Program-made: the position numbers and the translations under genes | Notes under the pieces: generated by a model | Database searches by the model: none | What the model was told of the DNA's origin: nothing | The model's input: the letters and a program-made list of their open reading frames with translations, nothing else | Shown here: piece after piece, positions 54,775-62,627 of the stretch | Position numbering within the stretch: position 1 is the stretch's first letter | How the letters are laid out: each line of letters starts with the position of its first letter | Origin: an uncultured Desulfobulbaceae bacterium | Lineage (GTDB): Bacteria; Desulfobacterota; Desulfobulbia; Desulfobulbales; BM004 | Length of the DNA stretch: 64,000 nt | Direction: 5' to 3' | NCBI GenBank assembly: GCA_947259115.1 | Contig: CAMYKS010000005.1 | Span: 410 to 64,409, forward strand

Positions 54775-55854
54775 ATGGCAATGATAGTTTACGGCGTATC
54801 AGGTGAAGGCTCAGGCCATTCATCACGGGCCAGGGAGATAATTCGCCATCTGCAGGATAAGGGTCATAGGGTGAAGGTGGTTACCTATGACCGGGGTGTG
54901 AAAAATCTGCAGAATGATTTTGATGTTTTCGAAACCGAGGGTTTGCATATCAACAGTTCGGACAACAAGGTGTCCGTGGTAAGAACCTTTACCGACAATA
55001 TCCGCAAATTGCCCCGGGGGCATAAAAAGTTGCGGGCCCTGCGATATGACATATTCAAGAAACTGCAGCCGGAATGCGTCATCACAGACTTTGAGCCCTT
55101 GACCGCCTATCTGGCAAATCACTATGATATTCCCCTTATTACCGTAGACAACCAGCATCGCATGCGTTATATGCAATACCCTTGCCCTCCAAAACTGCAG
55201 AAGGACCGGCTGCTGACGGAAAATATTATCCGGGCCATGGTGCCGAAACCTGATGTTTCTCTGATCACGACTTTTTACTTCGGGCCCGTTAAAAATAAAC
55301 GGACCTTCTGTTTCCCGCCTATTTTGCGGAGCGAAGTTTTGTCTCTGGAGCCGAAAAAAAATGCACATATCCTGGTTTATCTCACAGGGGGCTTTGAAAC
55401 CTTTATCGACAAGCTTGAGGATTTCAAGCGGGAGCAGTTCATTGTATACGGGCATAATAAAGTGGAGAGCAAAGTTAACCTTGTCTTTAAACCTCCAAGC
55501 CGGGAAGGTTTTCTGCAGGACCTGGCGGGCTGCAAGGCTGTAATTGCTACTGCCGGGTTTACGCTTATGACAGAAGCCCTGCATCTGCGAAAGCCCTACC
55601 TGGCCTTGCCCATGCGGGGACAGTTTGAACAGGAATTGAACGGTTACCTCCTGGCCCGGCTTGGCTATGGGGCCAGCGTAAGAAAGGTCAGCAACATGGC
55701 GCTGAGCAGCTTTCTCTACCATCTGCAGGACTTTGGGAAAGCACTGCAGAGTTACCCTGCCACAGACAACAGTGGGATTACGGAAAAGCTTGACACGCTA
55801 CTGGCTGATAATTGTGCTTTGCTAAAGGATTACCACCGCAGGCGTTCTGCATAA
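54775..55854 (+). CDS. Glycosyltransferase, GT-B fold (GT28/MJ1255-like)
   Basis: MAMIVYGVSGEGSGHSSRAREIIRHLQDKGH is the MurG/MGT-like N-terminal G-rich loop. The C-terminal half ATAGFTLMTEALHLRKPYLALP..QFEQ..N is a nucleotide-sugar binding pattern. Confidence 0.65.
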   Translation: MAMIVYGVSGEGSGHSSRAREIIRHLQDKGHRVKVVTYDRGVKNLQNDFDVFETEGLHINSSDNKVSVVRTFTDNIRKLPRGHKKLRALRYDIFKKLQPECVITDFEPLTAYLANHYDIPLITVDNQHRMRYMQYPCPPKLQKDRLLTENIIRAMVPKPDVSLITTFYFGPVKNKRTFCFPPILRSEVLSLEPKKNAHILVYLTGGFETFIDKLEDFKREQFIVYGHNKVESKVNLVFKPPSREGFLQDLAGCKAVIATAGFTLMTEALHLRKPYLALPMRGQFEQELNGYLLARLGYGASVRKVSNMALSSFLYHLQDFGKALQSYPATDNSGITEKLDTLLADNCALLKDYHRRRSA

Positions 55855-55862
55855 AAGCGGCT

Positions 55863-57776
55863 TCACAGCAGGGGTGTGAGAAAATCACCAAACGTTTTGA
55901 ATATCATGGCGCCGAATATTTTATCGCTGCGTTCGGCGGAAACCTCGGGAAAACTGCCGACGCTTCTGTAGTTATTATAAAAATCTGCATGCTGGGGTGG
56001 GACGGGATCGCGGCCCTCAAGCAATTCAAAGGCACTGGCATAGCGTATGGGCCAGGGATCGATGGGCATGATACGTGAGATTCGGACCAGGGTTGCATTA
56101 ACTTCGTCCAGACTGAGCGGGATTTTGCGTTTTGCTATAACCCAGGAATTCCGGGGTTCCATGTCTTTGGCAATTGCAGCTTGAAGCCGGGAGGCAAAAT
56201 GGCTGTCGCGGATCACAATGCCAACTTCGGTATTCAGATTTTCGCTGCGGGGATCCAGGTTGTAAGAACCGATAAAGGCAACTTCACCATCGAGCACCAT
56301 GGATTTTGAATGCAGGCAGAAGTAAGGTTTTCCTTTGCTCTCCTCCTTTTTCATACTGCTGCTCTTTATCTCACTGGTATCGTTCGTATCGCTTATGCCG
56401 ACCGGATCCATATATCCATCCCAGATGGTCTGCCGCGGTTGGTATTTTTCTCTTTCAGAGGGAGTCAGTTCCCGGCTGAGCAACTTTGCATAGGTAGGCA
56501 TAAAGAGCTCCATGTCATCGGGATGGGGTTTGACTTCATAGAGCAGAAAGCCCAGCTCGGCGAGGTAAAGCTGTTTTTGTTTAAATGAAGCGGCATAGGT
56601 AAACCAGCTGTCAGTGGCAGCCAGACTGTTGGTTACGACCCGGATATCAAGTTTTGGCCGTTCTGCGAGCAATTTTTTAAAAAGTTTTACCGCCGGATCG
56701 CTGAGGACCAGGTAAGGGGTCTGAATGATAACCTGTTCTTTTGCCTTTCCGACCAGTTCAGCAAGTTCGAGGGTGATGCGGCCGGCCCCTTTGAAGCGCC
56801 CAAACCATTTTTTATTGTTTTTACCGGGTGCATCATCAATAAATACGGCATGGTCCACTTCCTGAAGATTGTCGGTGAAGTGCTGCTTCAGATAATCATA
56901 CTCTGAAGCCCTTGCTTCAATATCCGTAAAAAGTTCATGCAGCCGGAAGCCCCGGCGACTCGACCAGATTCTGAAATCCCCCTGTTGCCGGCTCTTCCTG
57001 ACATCGAACAGGTCCTGCAATAAATAGGCATGCCGGTATTTCCAGTATTTATTGAAACTGGCCGACATCTCATTAACCACCGGCCCCATAATAAGAATAT
57101 CCCTGTCCTTGTAATTGAGCCCTCTGGCCTGGTCAAAATAGGCATTTTCATAATTTCTGCCGCCGGTAATGCCGATGATATTATCAATAAGAAAAACCTT
57201 GTTATGCATACGCTGATTGAGCTGATTAAAGCCTGTGACAAGGGAATACAGTTTTTCCATCAGGGTCGGCTTAATTTTTTTCTTCAGGAGGGCGGGACCT
57301 ATTGGGTTATAAATTTTAATTTGCAGGTTCGGGTGCACGGAAGCCAGAAAGGTTGATAATTCAAGGTTTTTCTCCGATGCCACATGGTCGATAAGCACCT
57401 GCACCTTTACACCGCGTTTAGCAGCCTGGATCAATTCATACATCATGAGCCGTCCCACCTCATCATTGGACCAGATAAGGGTCTGGATTGAAATGGATCT
57501 TCGTGCTGCCCTGATCAGATGAATTCGTGCCAAAAGAGCCTCGGAACCAATATCAAGCATAAAGACATGATTTTTAGAATCCGAAAGTTGAAGAGAGTCA
57601 GCCCGCTCGATAAATGGCGAGCGGACTGCGTTATGGAATTCCGTCTCAGAGCCTGGGTCAGGGTCATCCGGGATAGTTGAATCAATACAGAAAGATGGAG
57701 AGGCATGGCCCGCCAGAAAAGCAAACAGGAAGATGAGCTGAAAGCAATACTTTGGTATAGGGAACGTTTTATTCAT
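55863..57776 (-). CDS. Phospholipase D / transphosphatidylase family protein (two HKD motifs), secreted
   Basis: Signal-like N-terminus. HKD1 MHNKVFLIDNIIGITGGRN. HKD2 LHSKSMVLDGEVAFIGSYNLDPRS. Its ATG overlaps the stop of the upstream EBP gene (ATGA). Confidence 0.85.
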   Translation of the reverse strand: MNKTFPIPKYCFQLIFLFAFLAGHASPSFCIDSTIPDDPDPGSETEFHNAVRSPFIERADSLQLSDSKNHVFMLDIGSEALLARIHLIRAARRSISIQTLIWSNDEVGRLMMYELIQAAKRGVKVQVLIDHVASEKNLELSTFLASVHPNLQIKIYNPIGPALLKKKIKPTLMEKLYSLVTGFNQLNQRMHNKVFLIDNIIGITGGRNYENAYFDQARGLNYKDRDILIMGPVVNEMSASFNKYWKYRHAYLLQDLFDVRKSRQQGDFRIWSSRRGFRLHELFTDIEARASEYDYLKQHFTDNLQEVDHAVFIDDAPGKNNKKWFGRFKGAGRITLELAELVGKAKEQVIIQTPYLVLSDPAVKLFKKLLAERPKLDIRVVTNSLAATDSWFTYAASFKQKQLYLAELGFLLYEVKPHPDDMELFMPTYAKLLSRELTPSEREKYQPRQTIWDGYMDPVGISDTNDTSEIKSSSMKKEESKGKPYFCLHSKSMVLDGEVAFIGSYNLDPRSENLNTEVGIVIRDSHFASRLQAAIAKDMEPRNSWVIAKRKIPLSLDEVNATLVRISRIMPIDPWPIRYASAFELLEGRDPVPPQHADFYNNYRSVGSFPEVSAERSDKIFGAMIFKTFGDFLTPLL

Positions 57777-59254
57777 ACCGGTTTCTCCAGCCAGTATTCT
57801 ATATGTTTTTTGACAGTGCGCCGGTCGAGGCTGATTTGCCTGGCAACAGATTCATATGACCCCAATCGGTCATAAAGGAGTTTACAGTAGCAGGCCAGCA
57901 ACTCCTGGGCACTCATGGAACCGCTGTTGATGGCTTCCTGGAGCAGGTCACCGGTGTGGGGAGATGCTGTGACTGTGATTTCATAACTCCCCTTGAGCAG
58001 CAGGCGCCTGACACACTGTTCCAGCTCACGGACATTGCCGCTCCACTGGTAGTCCGATGGCAGATATTTTTTAATTTTTAAGGCGATATCGGCCGCAAGT
58101 TCTGGTGAAGAATAGCCTATAATGCGCCTTATTGTATGCTCCAGCAGGTCTGTCATCTCATCTGGGTCTTCCTGTAATCGCTGACGCAGCGGCGGAATGG
58201 AGATTATGTCCGAACAAAGCCGATAGTAAAAGTCATAACGGAATCGGCCCTCTGTGAGGAGTGCATCGAGGGTCCGGTTGGCGGCTCCAATGACCCGTCC
58301 TTTAAATCGCTGTTTTTCATGACTGCCGACAGCGGAATAGCTTCTTTCCTGCAGGACCTGGAGCAGTTTGACCTGAATGGGAAGGGAGACTTCTCCTATT
58401 TCATCAAGAAAGATAGCTCCATGGGGGCTACACCTGGAAAAAATACCCCTGTGGGCTTCAATTGCTCCGGTAAAGGCACCTTTTCTATGCCCGAAAAGTT
58501 CAGATTCAATAAGCTGTTCAGAGTAATGTGAGAGGGTAATCGAGATGAAAGCCCTGGTAAAACTCTCGGTAAAAATTCCTTTACGTTCATTAAAGGGAAT
58601 ATATCCGGACCTGCCTATGGCTGCTGCCGCCGTTCCCTTGCCAGTGCCTGTTTCACCGAGGAGAAGCGTGGAAAAATCCTCCATGCGGTTCCAAAGATGT
58701 TGCGTGTAGAGTCTGATGTCATTGGTGATTACGTTGCTCCACAGGCTTTGACGCAGGGCTCTCATGCTCCGGCTGCGGCCAACTAAGCCTTTTCTTATGA
58801 AATAATAGGCCCGCCGCATTTGATAAAACAGGGCAAAATACCTGACAGCCTCCTGGGATGAAAAACCGCTGCCGGTAAGCAGTGCCAGGGCTTCCTTCGC
58901 AAAACCAACGCTTACGGGAGAGTCTTCCTTTGCAATTTGTTCCTTTATTAATCCATCAAAAGCATCGGAGAAAAGGTGAAAAGCATGATAGAGATATGCA
59001 TTTTCAACCAGATAACGGTCATTGCCGGAAAAACGGGTAATGTCATTTCTGCCTGACTCCTTGAGCTGCTGCAAGCGGCTGGTGACTATTTGTTTTGATC
59101 GCTTGTGGAGTTCATAGGCTGATAGTTTTGAGGACAAGCCACATATCTCAAATTCAACCCGTTTGCGTTCGTTACTAAAGGGGTTGACCAGGATCGCCCT
59201 GGTAACAAGATGAAAAAAATCACGCTCTGAAGCTGCAAGGGAAAATTTAGCCAT
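57773..59254 (-). CDS. Sigma-54-dependent transcriptional activator (bEBP) with a non-receiver N-terminal domain
   Basis: Start moved to MAKFSLAASERDFF. AAA+ core LLGETGTGKGTAA, ESELFGHRKGAFTGA (GAFTGA), GAIFLDEIGE, WSGNVRELE. C-terminal HTH SYESVARQISLDRRTVKKHI. The N-terminal ~190 aa have no REC Asp pocket that I can see. Confidence 0.85.
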   Translation of the reverse strand: MAKFSLAASERDFFHLVTRAILVNPFSNERKRVEFEICGLSSKLSAYELHKRSKQIVTSRLQQLKESGRNDITRFSGNDRYLVENAYLYHAFHLFSDAFDGLIKEQIAKEDSPVSVGFAKEALALLTGSGFSSQEAVRYFALFYQMRRAYYFIRKGLVGRSRSMRALRQSLWSNVITNDIRLYTQHLWNRMEDFSTLLLGETGTGKGTAAAAIGRSGYIPFNERKGIFTESFTRAFISITLSHYSEQLIESELFGHRKGAFTGAIEAHRGIFSRCSPHGAIFLDEIGEVSLPIQVKLLQVLQERSYSAVGSHEKQRFKGRVIGAANRTLDALLTEGRFRYDFYYRLCSDIISIPPLRQRLQEDPDEMTDLLEHTIRRIIGYSSPELAADIALKIKKYLPSDYQWSGNVRELEQCVRRLLLKGSYEITVTASPHTGDLLQEAINSGSMSAQELLACYCKLLYDRLGSYESVARQISLDRRTVKKHIEYWLEKPV

Positions 59255-59398
59255 AGTACATATTATGTACAATGCATAGACATAAAATAGCAAGCGGCCA
59301 AAAAAATTAATTTGGGGTGCTTTTCACCCGGGGACTCAGTTCCTAAGGTAAAATATAACAAACATCAGCAAGCCGGCTACTCCTCAGAGAGGATGTGG

Positions 59399-60046
59399 TT
59401 AGTTCTTAATGGGTAGCATTCCAATGACAGCTCCGACCAATGCTCCTCCCAGGTGCGCCATGGGAACCGGGATAAAAAGGTCTGCAGAAGGGACAAACAA
59501 GGTCTGGGCGGTTTTGAGCTCAAAAACTGATTTGCCAATAAAAAAAAGGCCAAGCAGCAGATAGGGGCTTTTGTGCACTAAGCTTTTCCCGGTTGCATTC
59601 CTGCGGTAGAGCAATATCAACAGCAGCATGAACAACCCGGAGTCAATACCTGAGAGGCCCCGGTAATATATCATTTCCGGCAGCAGAGCAAAAACAAGCA
59701 GTGAAATAACCAGGGAACCGGTTGCGAAACAAGCCAGCAACCGACGCCTGCTGAACCATTCTATTGTTCCTGCCAAGACAAGAAACACCAGGATGTCCCA
59801 GAAAAAATGTGCCGCAGACCAATGTGTTAAGTGCCCCGTTACAGTCCGCCATACCTCACCTTGTTGGAGGGCCTCCCTGTCAAATTGAAACCAGGACGTC
59901 ATTTGCGGTGATATGGAGACAGCCAGGGCTATCAACCCGAAGACTAGAGTAATAAATGGGAAATTACGTTGGCCCTGGAATAAACTGTCCTGCTTTTCCA
60001 TGGGACTTTTATGGCCTGAAGGAGTTATTTGGAATGCGCGCTGCAT
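59399..60046 (-). CDS. Rhomboid-family intramembrane serine protease, rhombosortase-like
   Basis: GEVWRTVTGHLTHWSAAHFFWDILVFLVLAG. Catalytic-Ser helix YRGLSGIDSGLF (GxSG). Catalytic-His helix AHLGGALVGAVIG. About 6 TM helices and ~200 aa. It sits next to a GlyGly-CTERM-like protein. The start may be the internal Met at 60001. Confidence 0.7.
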   Translation of the reverse strand: MQRAFQITPSGHKSPMEKQDSLFQGQRNFPFITLVFGLIALAVSISPQMTSWFQFDREALQQGEVWRTVTGHLTHWSAAHFFWDILVFLVLAGTIEWFSRRRLLACFATGSLVISLLVFALLPEMIYYRGLSGIDSGLFMLLLILLYRRNATGKSLVHKSPYLLLGLFFIGKSVFELKTAQTLFVPSADLFIPVPMAHLGGALVGAVIGMLPIKN

Positions 60047-60096
60047 GGCTATTTTCTCCTGTCTTTGATTTACCCTGTGCGGCTGAATGCCCGAAA

Positions 60097-60118
60097 GCGG
60101 CCGGAATGACCCGGCCGC
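60097..60118 (-). terminator. GC-rich hairpin between the VIT-vWA gene and the rhombosortase gene (attenuator?)
   Basis: GCGGCCGG-aatgac-CCGGCCGC is a perfect 8-bp stem. The minus-strand RNA continues UUUCGGGCAUUC. Confidence 0.5.
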
Positions 60119-60143
60119 CTCCGGGGGATGAGTTCAAAACCGG

Positions 60144-62273
60144 TTATTTTTTTCTGTTGCGGGTTACCAGTAGAGAACCTGCAAGGGCTAAGGCAATAAG
60201 TGCTGTGCCAGGGTCTAAGGCCCCACCGCCACCAAAGCCCGGCAGGTTAACGCTGCGCCGAGAATTATTTGCAGGGTTGGCAGGTGTGGGTCGGTTGCCT
60301 GCATTTTTTGGTGCCTGCCGGCTTCCTGCCTGCTGGTTTGGCTGAGTAGCTGAGGCAAGCTGTAACTGCTGCTGCCCTTTTTCCACCGGACCAAGGTCAA
60401 CCATTGCCTGATTACGGATATTTTCAAGCATTTCCTGCCGCTGGTTCTGGGCCCTGCGGTCCCGCTTCATTCGATCAGCGTTGCGCTGCTCAATTTTCCA
60501 ACGCTTGTATTCCTGATTATTTTCCAGGACGAGAAACGAGGTGTATTCACTGGCAATTGAGTATGTCTCACCAAGTTGAATGATTTCTGCAACAGCACCC
60601 TTTGAGCCGGTCATGTCTATTTGTTCCTGCAGCTTCTGCAGCCGCTGCCAGGCCCACATGCGTTCTATTTCAGGGTTGCTTGCATCAATGGCCGGGAAAT
60701 CCAGACTGGCCGTAGTTTTAAAGGGGCGGCCGTTAACTTTTCCATTCATGAGTATGGTAGCCTGTCCGCTTTTTGTATAACGGCCATAAAGCCTGACCGG
60801 GACACCGTGATAGAGGTTTGGCAGTTTTTCCGGCACCAGGTCATAGACTTTCACACCGTCCACTGAGATGGCCAGGTCCACAGCAACCGGGTGCATAAGC
60901 TTGCGCCGGAAGGCTTTGGCCTGACGTTTAAAATCATCACCCTGTGAGATAAAGGCAGCCAGGCCGCCGGCATCCTCTGCTATCTGCTTCAGCAGGGGGC
61001 GGTTAACCTCGTTGCCCACACCAATGCAAAATACCCGGACATTTGCGGGCCTTGAACCGATCAGGCTGATAAGCTGTTGACGTTCTGCCTGCTCGGTCAT
61101 GCCGTCACTTAAAATAACTGCATTCAAAGTTCTGTCAGGATTGCCATATTTATAGGCTGTTGTCAGGGCTGGTCTGAGGTGGGTGCCGCCGCGGGCCTCC
61201 TGGGAAGTAAGATAATTTGCAGCCTGCTCAAGATTAACCGAGTCGGCATTTTGCAAGGTATTGAACAGGGTGTTGACCTGCCTGTTGAAGGTAATGATCT
61301 CGAATCGATCTTCCGGGCTCAAGGCCTTAACAAAGGCGTCAACCGAACTTGTGGAGGTTTCAAGCTTTGCCTCGTTCTGCATGGAGCCGGACACATCGAG
61401 AATAAAAACATAATCCGAACCGGTCTGCACTTTTTCCAGTTCATCTCCTGCGGTGAGTGTGAGACTGAAGTAACCGTCCTCCCCCCGCTCTTTGGAGGTG
61501 ATAAGGTCAAGGCCGGTCTGGGGTCTTGAAACCTGAAAGGCAAGAACAAGATCACGGCCCAGATCCCCGTCCCTGTTCTCCAGGCTCGCTTCGTAGTAGT
61601 TATCTGAATGCTTTACAACCAGGAAGTCCTGTTTATGGCTCGGACTTTCCAAGGCAACTATGGGAATGGCTGATTTAATGTCAAGGGATGCTGCAAATCT
61701 GCCCTGAACCTTGGAATCTATGCTGGGCCTGGTTGCAGTGGCAAGGGGATAGACAAATGTTGTCCAGTCGTTGTCAAAGTCAAGTTCCTGGTAGTAGGCA
61801 ATCTGCACGCGCTGTTCAGCTCCTGCGGCAATGGGGAAGATCCTCATCTCAAAAGTTTTGTAATCGGTCTGTTCAAGCAGTCCTGGATCGCGTCTTCTTT
61901 GTTTGTAGCTGTTATAAATTTCCCGGGCCCTTTCCTTTTCCAGGACTTCGCCGATCATTTCCTGACCATTGATCCACATGCTGAAGTTTGAGACTGAGGC
62001 TCCTTTTGGTACGGGAAAAGTATAAAGCGCCTCGACCTGTCTGTTCTCGGTATTTCGGAATACCTGGGTAACTTCTGTGACCGCTACCCCATTATTGATG
62101 GTGACGCTGACATCATGCTCAATGATTTCCAGCACCCCTCCAAAGCCCCCTTCTGCTATGAGGAGTCCGGCTGCCTTTGCTTTCGGCACTGGCGCAAGTG
62201 ACATAATTAAAAATAACGTAATAAATCCAAGGATTGCTAAACATCTGTTTCGGTCAAATATTCGGGTTTTCAT
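60144..62273 (-). CDS. VIT + von Willebrand factor A domain protein with GlyGly-CTERM-like sorting tail
   Basis: Signal peptide. VIT region (VSVTINNGVAVTEVTQVFRNTENRQVEALYTFPVPKGASVSNFSMWINGQ). vWA MIDAS YVFILDVSGSM. C-terminus PGFGGGGALDPGTALIALALAGSLLVTRNRKK has a Gly run, a TM helix and a basic cluster. Confidence 0.8.
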   Translation of the reverse strand: MKTRIFDRNRCLAILGFITLFLIMSLAPVPKAKAAGLLIAEGGFGGVLEIIEHDVSVTINNGVAVTEVTQVFRNTENRQVEALYTFPVPKGASVSNFSMWINGQEMIGEVLEKERAREIYNSYKQRRRDPGLLEQTDYKTFEMRIFPIAAGAEQRVQIAYYQELDFDNDWTTFVYPLATATRPSIDSKVQGRFAASLDIKSAIPIVALESPSHKQDFLVVKHSDNYYEASLENRDGDLGRDLVLAFQVSRPQTGLDLITSKERGEDGYFSLTLTAGDELEKVQTGSDYVFILDVSGSMQNEAKLETSTSSVDAFVKALSPEDRFEIITFNRQVNTLFNTLQNADSVNLEQAANYLTSQEARGGTHLRPALTTAYKYGNPDRTLNAVILSDGMTEQAERQQLISLIGSRPANVRVFCIGVGNEVNRPLLKQIAEDAGGLAAFISQGDDFKRQAKAFRRKLMHPVAVDLAISVDGVKVYDLVPEKLPNLYHGVPVRLYGRYTKSGQATILMNGKVNGRPFKTTASLDFPAIDASNPEIERMWAWQRLQKLQEQIDMTGSKGAVAEIIQLGETYSIASEYTSFLVLENNQEYKRWKIEQRNADRMKRDRRAQNQRQEMLENIRNQAMVDLGPVEKGQQQLQLASATQPNQQAGSRQAPKNAGNRPTPANPANNSRRSVNLPGFGGGGALDPGTALIALALAGSLLVTRNRKK

Positions 62274-62336
62274 AGTTAATCCCTCCTAGAGGTTTGTTTT
62301 CTTGCTTTCGGTTTATGTTGATCTCGCTGAAGCTAT

Positions 62337-62352
62337 AGCGAAACCTGTGCCA
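62337..62352 (-). promoter_or_regulatory. Sigma-54 promoter of the VIT-vWA/rhombosortase operon
   Basis: The minus strand reads TGGCACAGGTTTCGCT (TGGCAC-N5-TCGC, one mismatch in the -12 element). It lies 64-79 nt upstream of the ATG at 62273. Confidence 0.6.
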
Positions 62353-62627
62353 AAAACACAAAAACATACAAATACTTGATTTTAATATAAAAAATAAAAA
62401 AACTTCCCTGGAGCTGTTTTCATTTATATTGGCCTGACATACACATAATGAACAGTATGCATACAAAATATGCTTATCATGCCCGCCCGGTTATGAAAAA
62501 AATGAACAATGCGCTTGATTTTATCGTTGCAGGAAATGAAGTGGCAATGGCTGTCCATTTGATGTATATGGAATTTTCGGCGAAAGTCATTACTTGGAGG
62601 AATGCAGCTCAATTATTCAAGAACCAT

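Noticed and set aside
54823-55722. 299-aa ORF antisense to the glycosyltransferase gene
   Set aside because: It lies wholly inside a gene with clear family motifs on the opposite strand. Its translation is low-complexity and rich in Q/G/P/R with no recognisable motif, typical of a shadow ORF.
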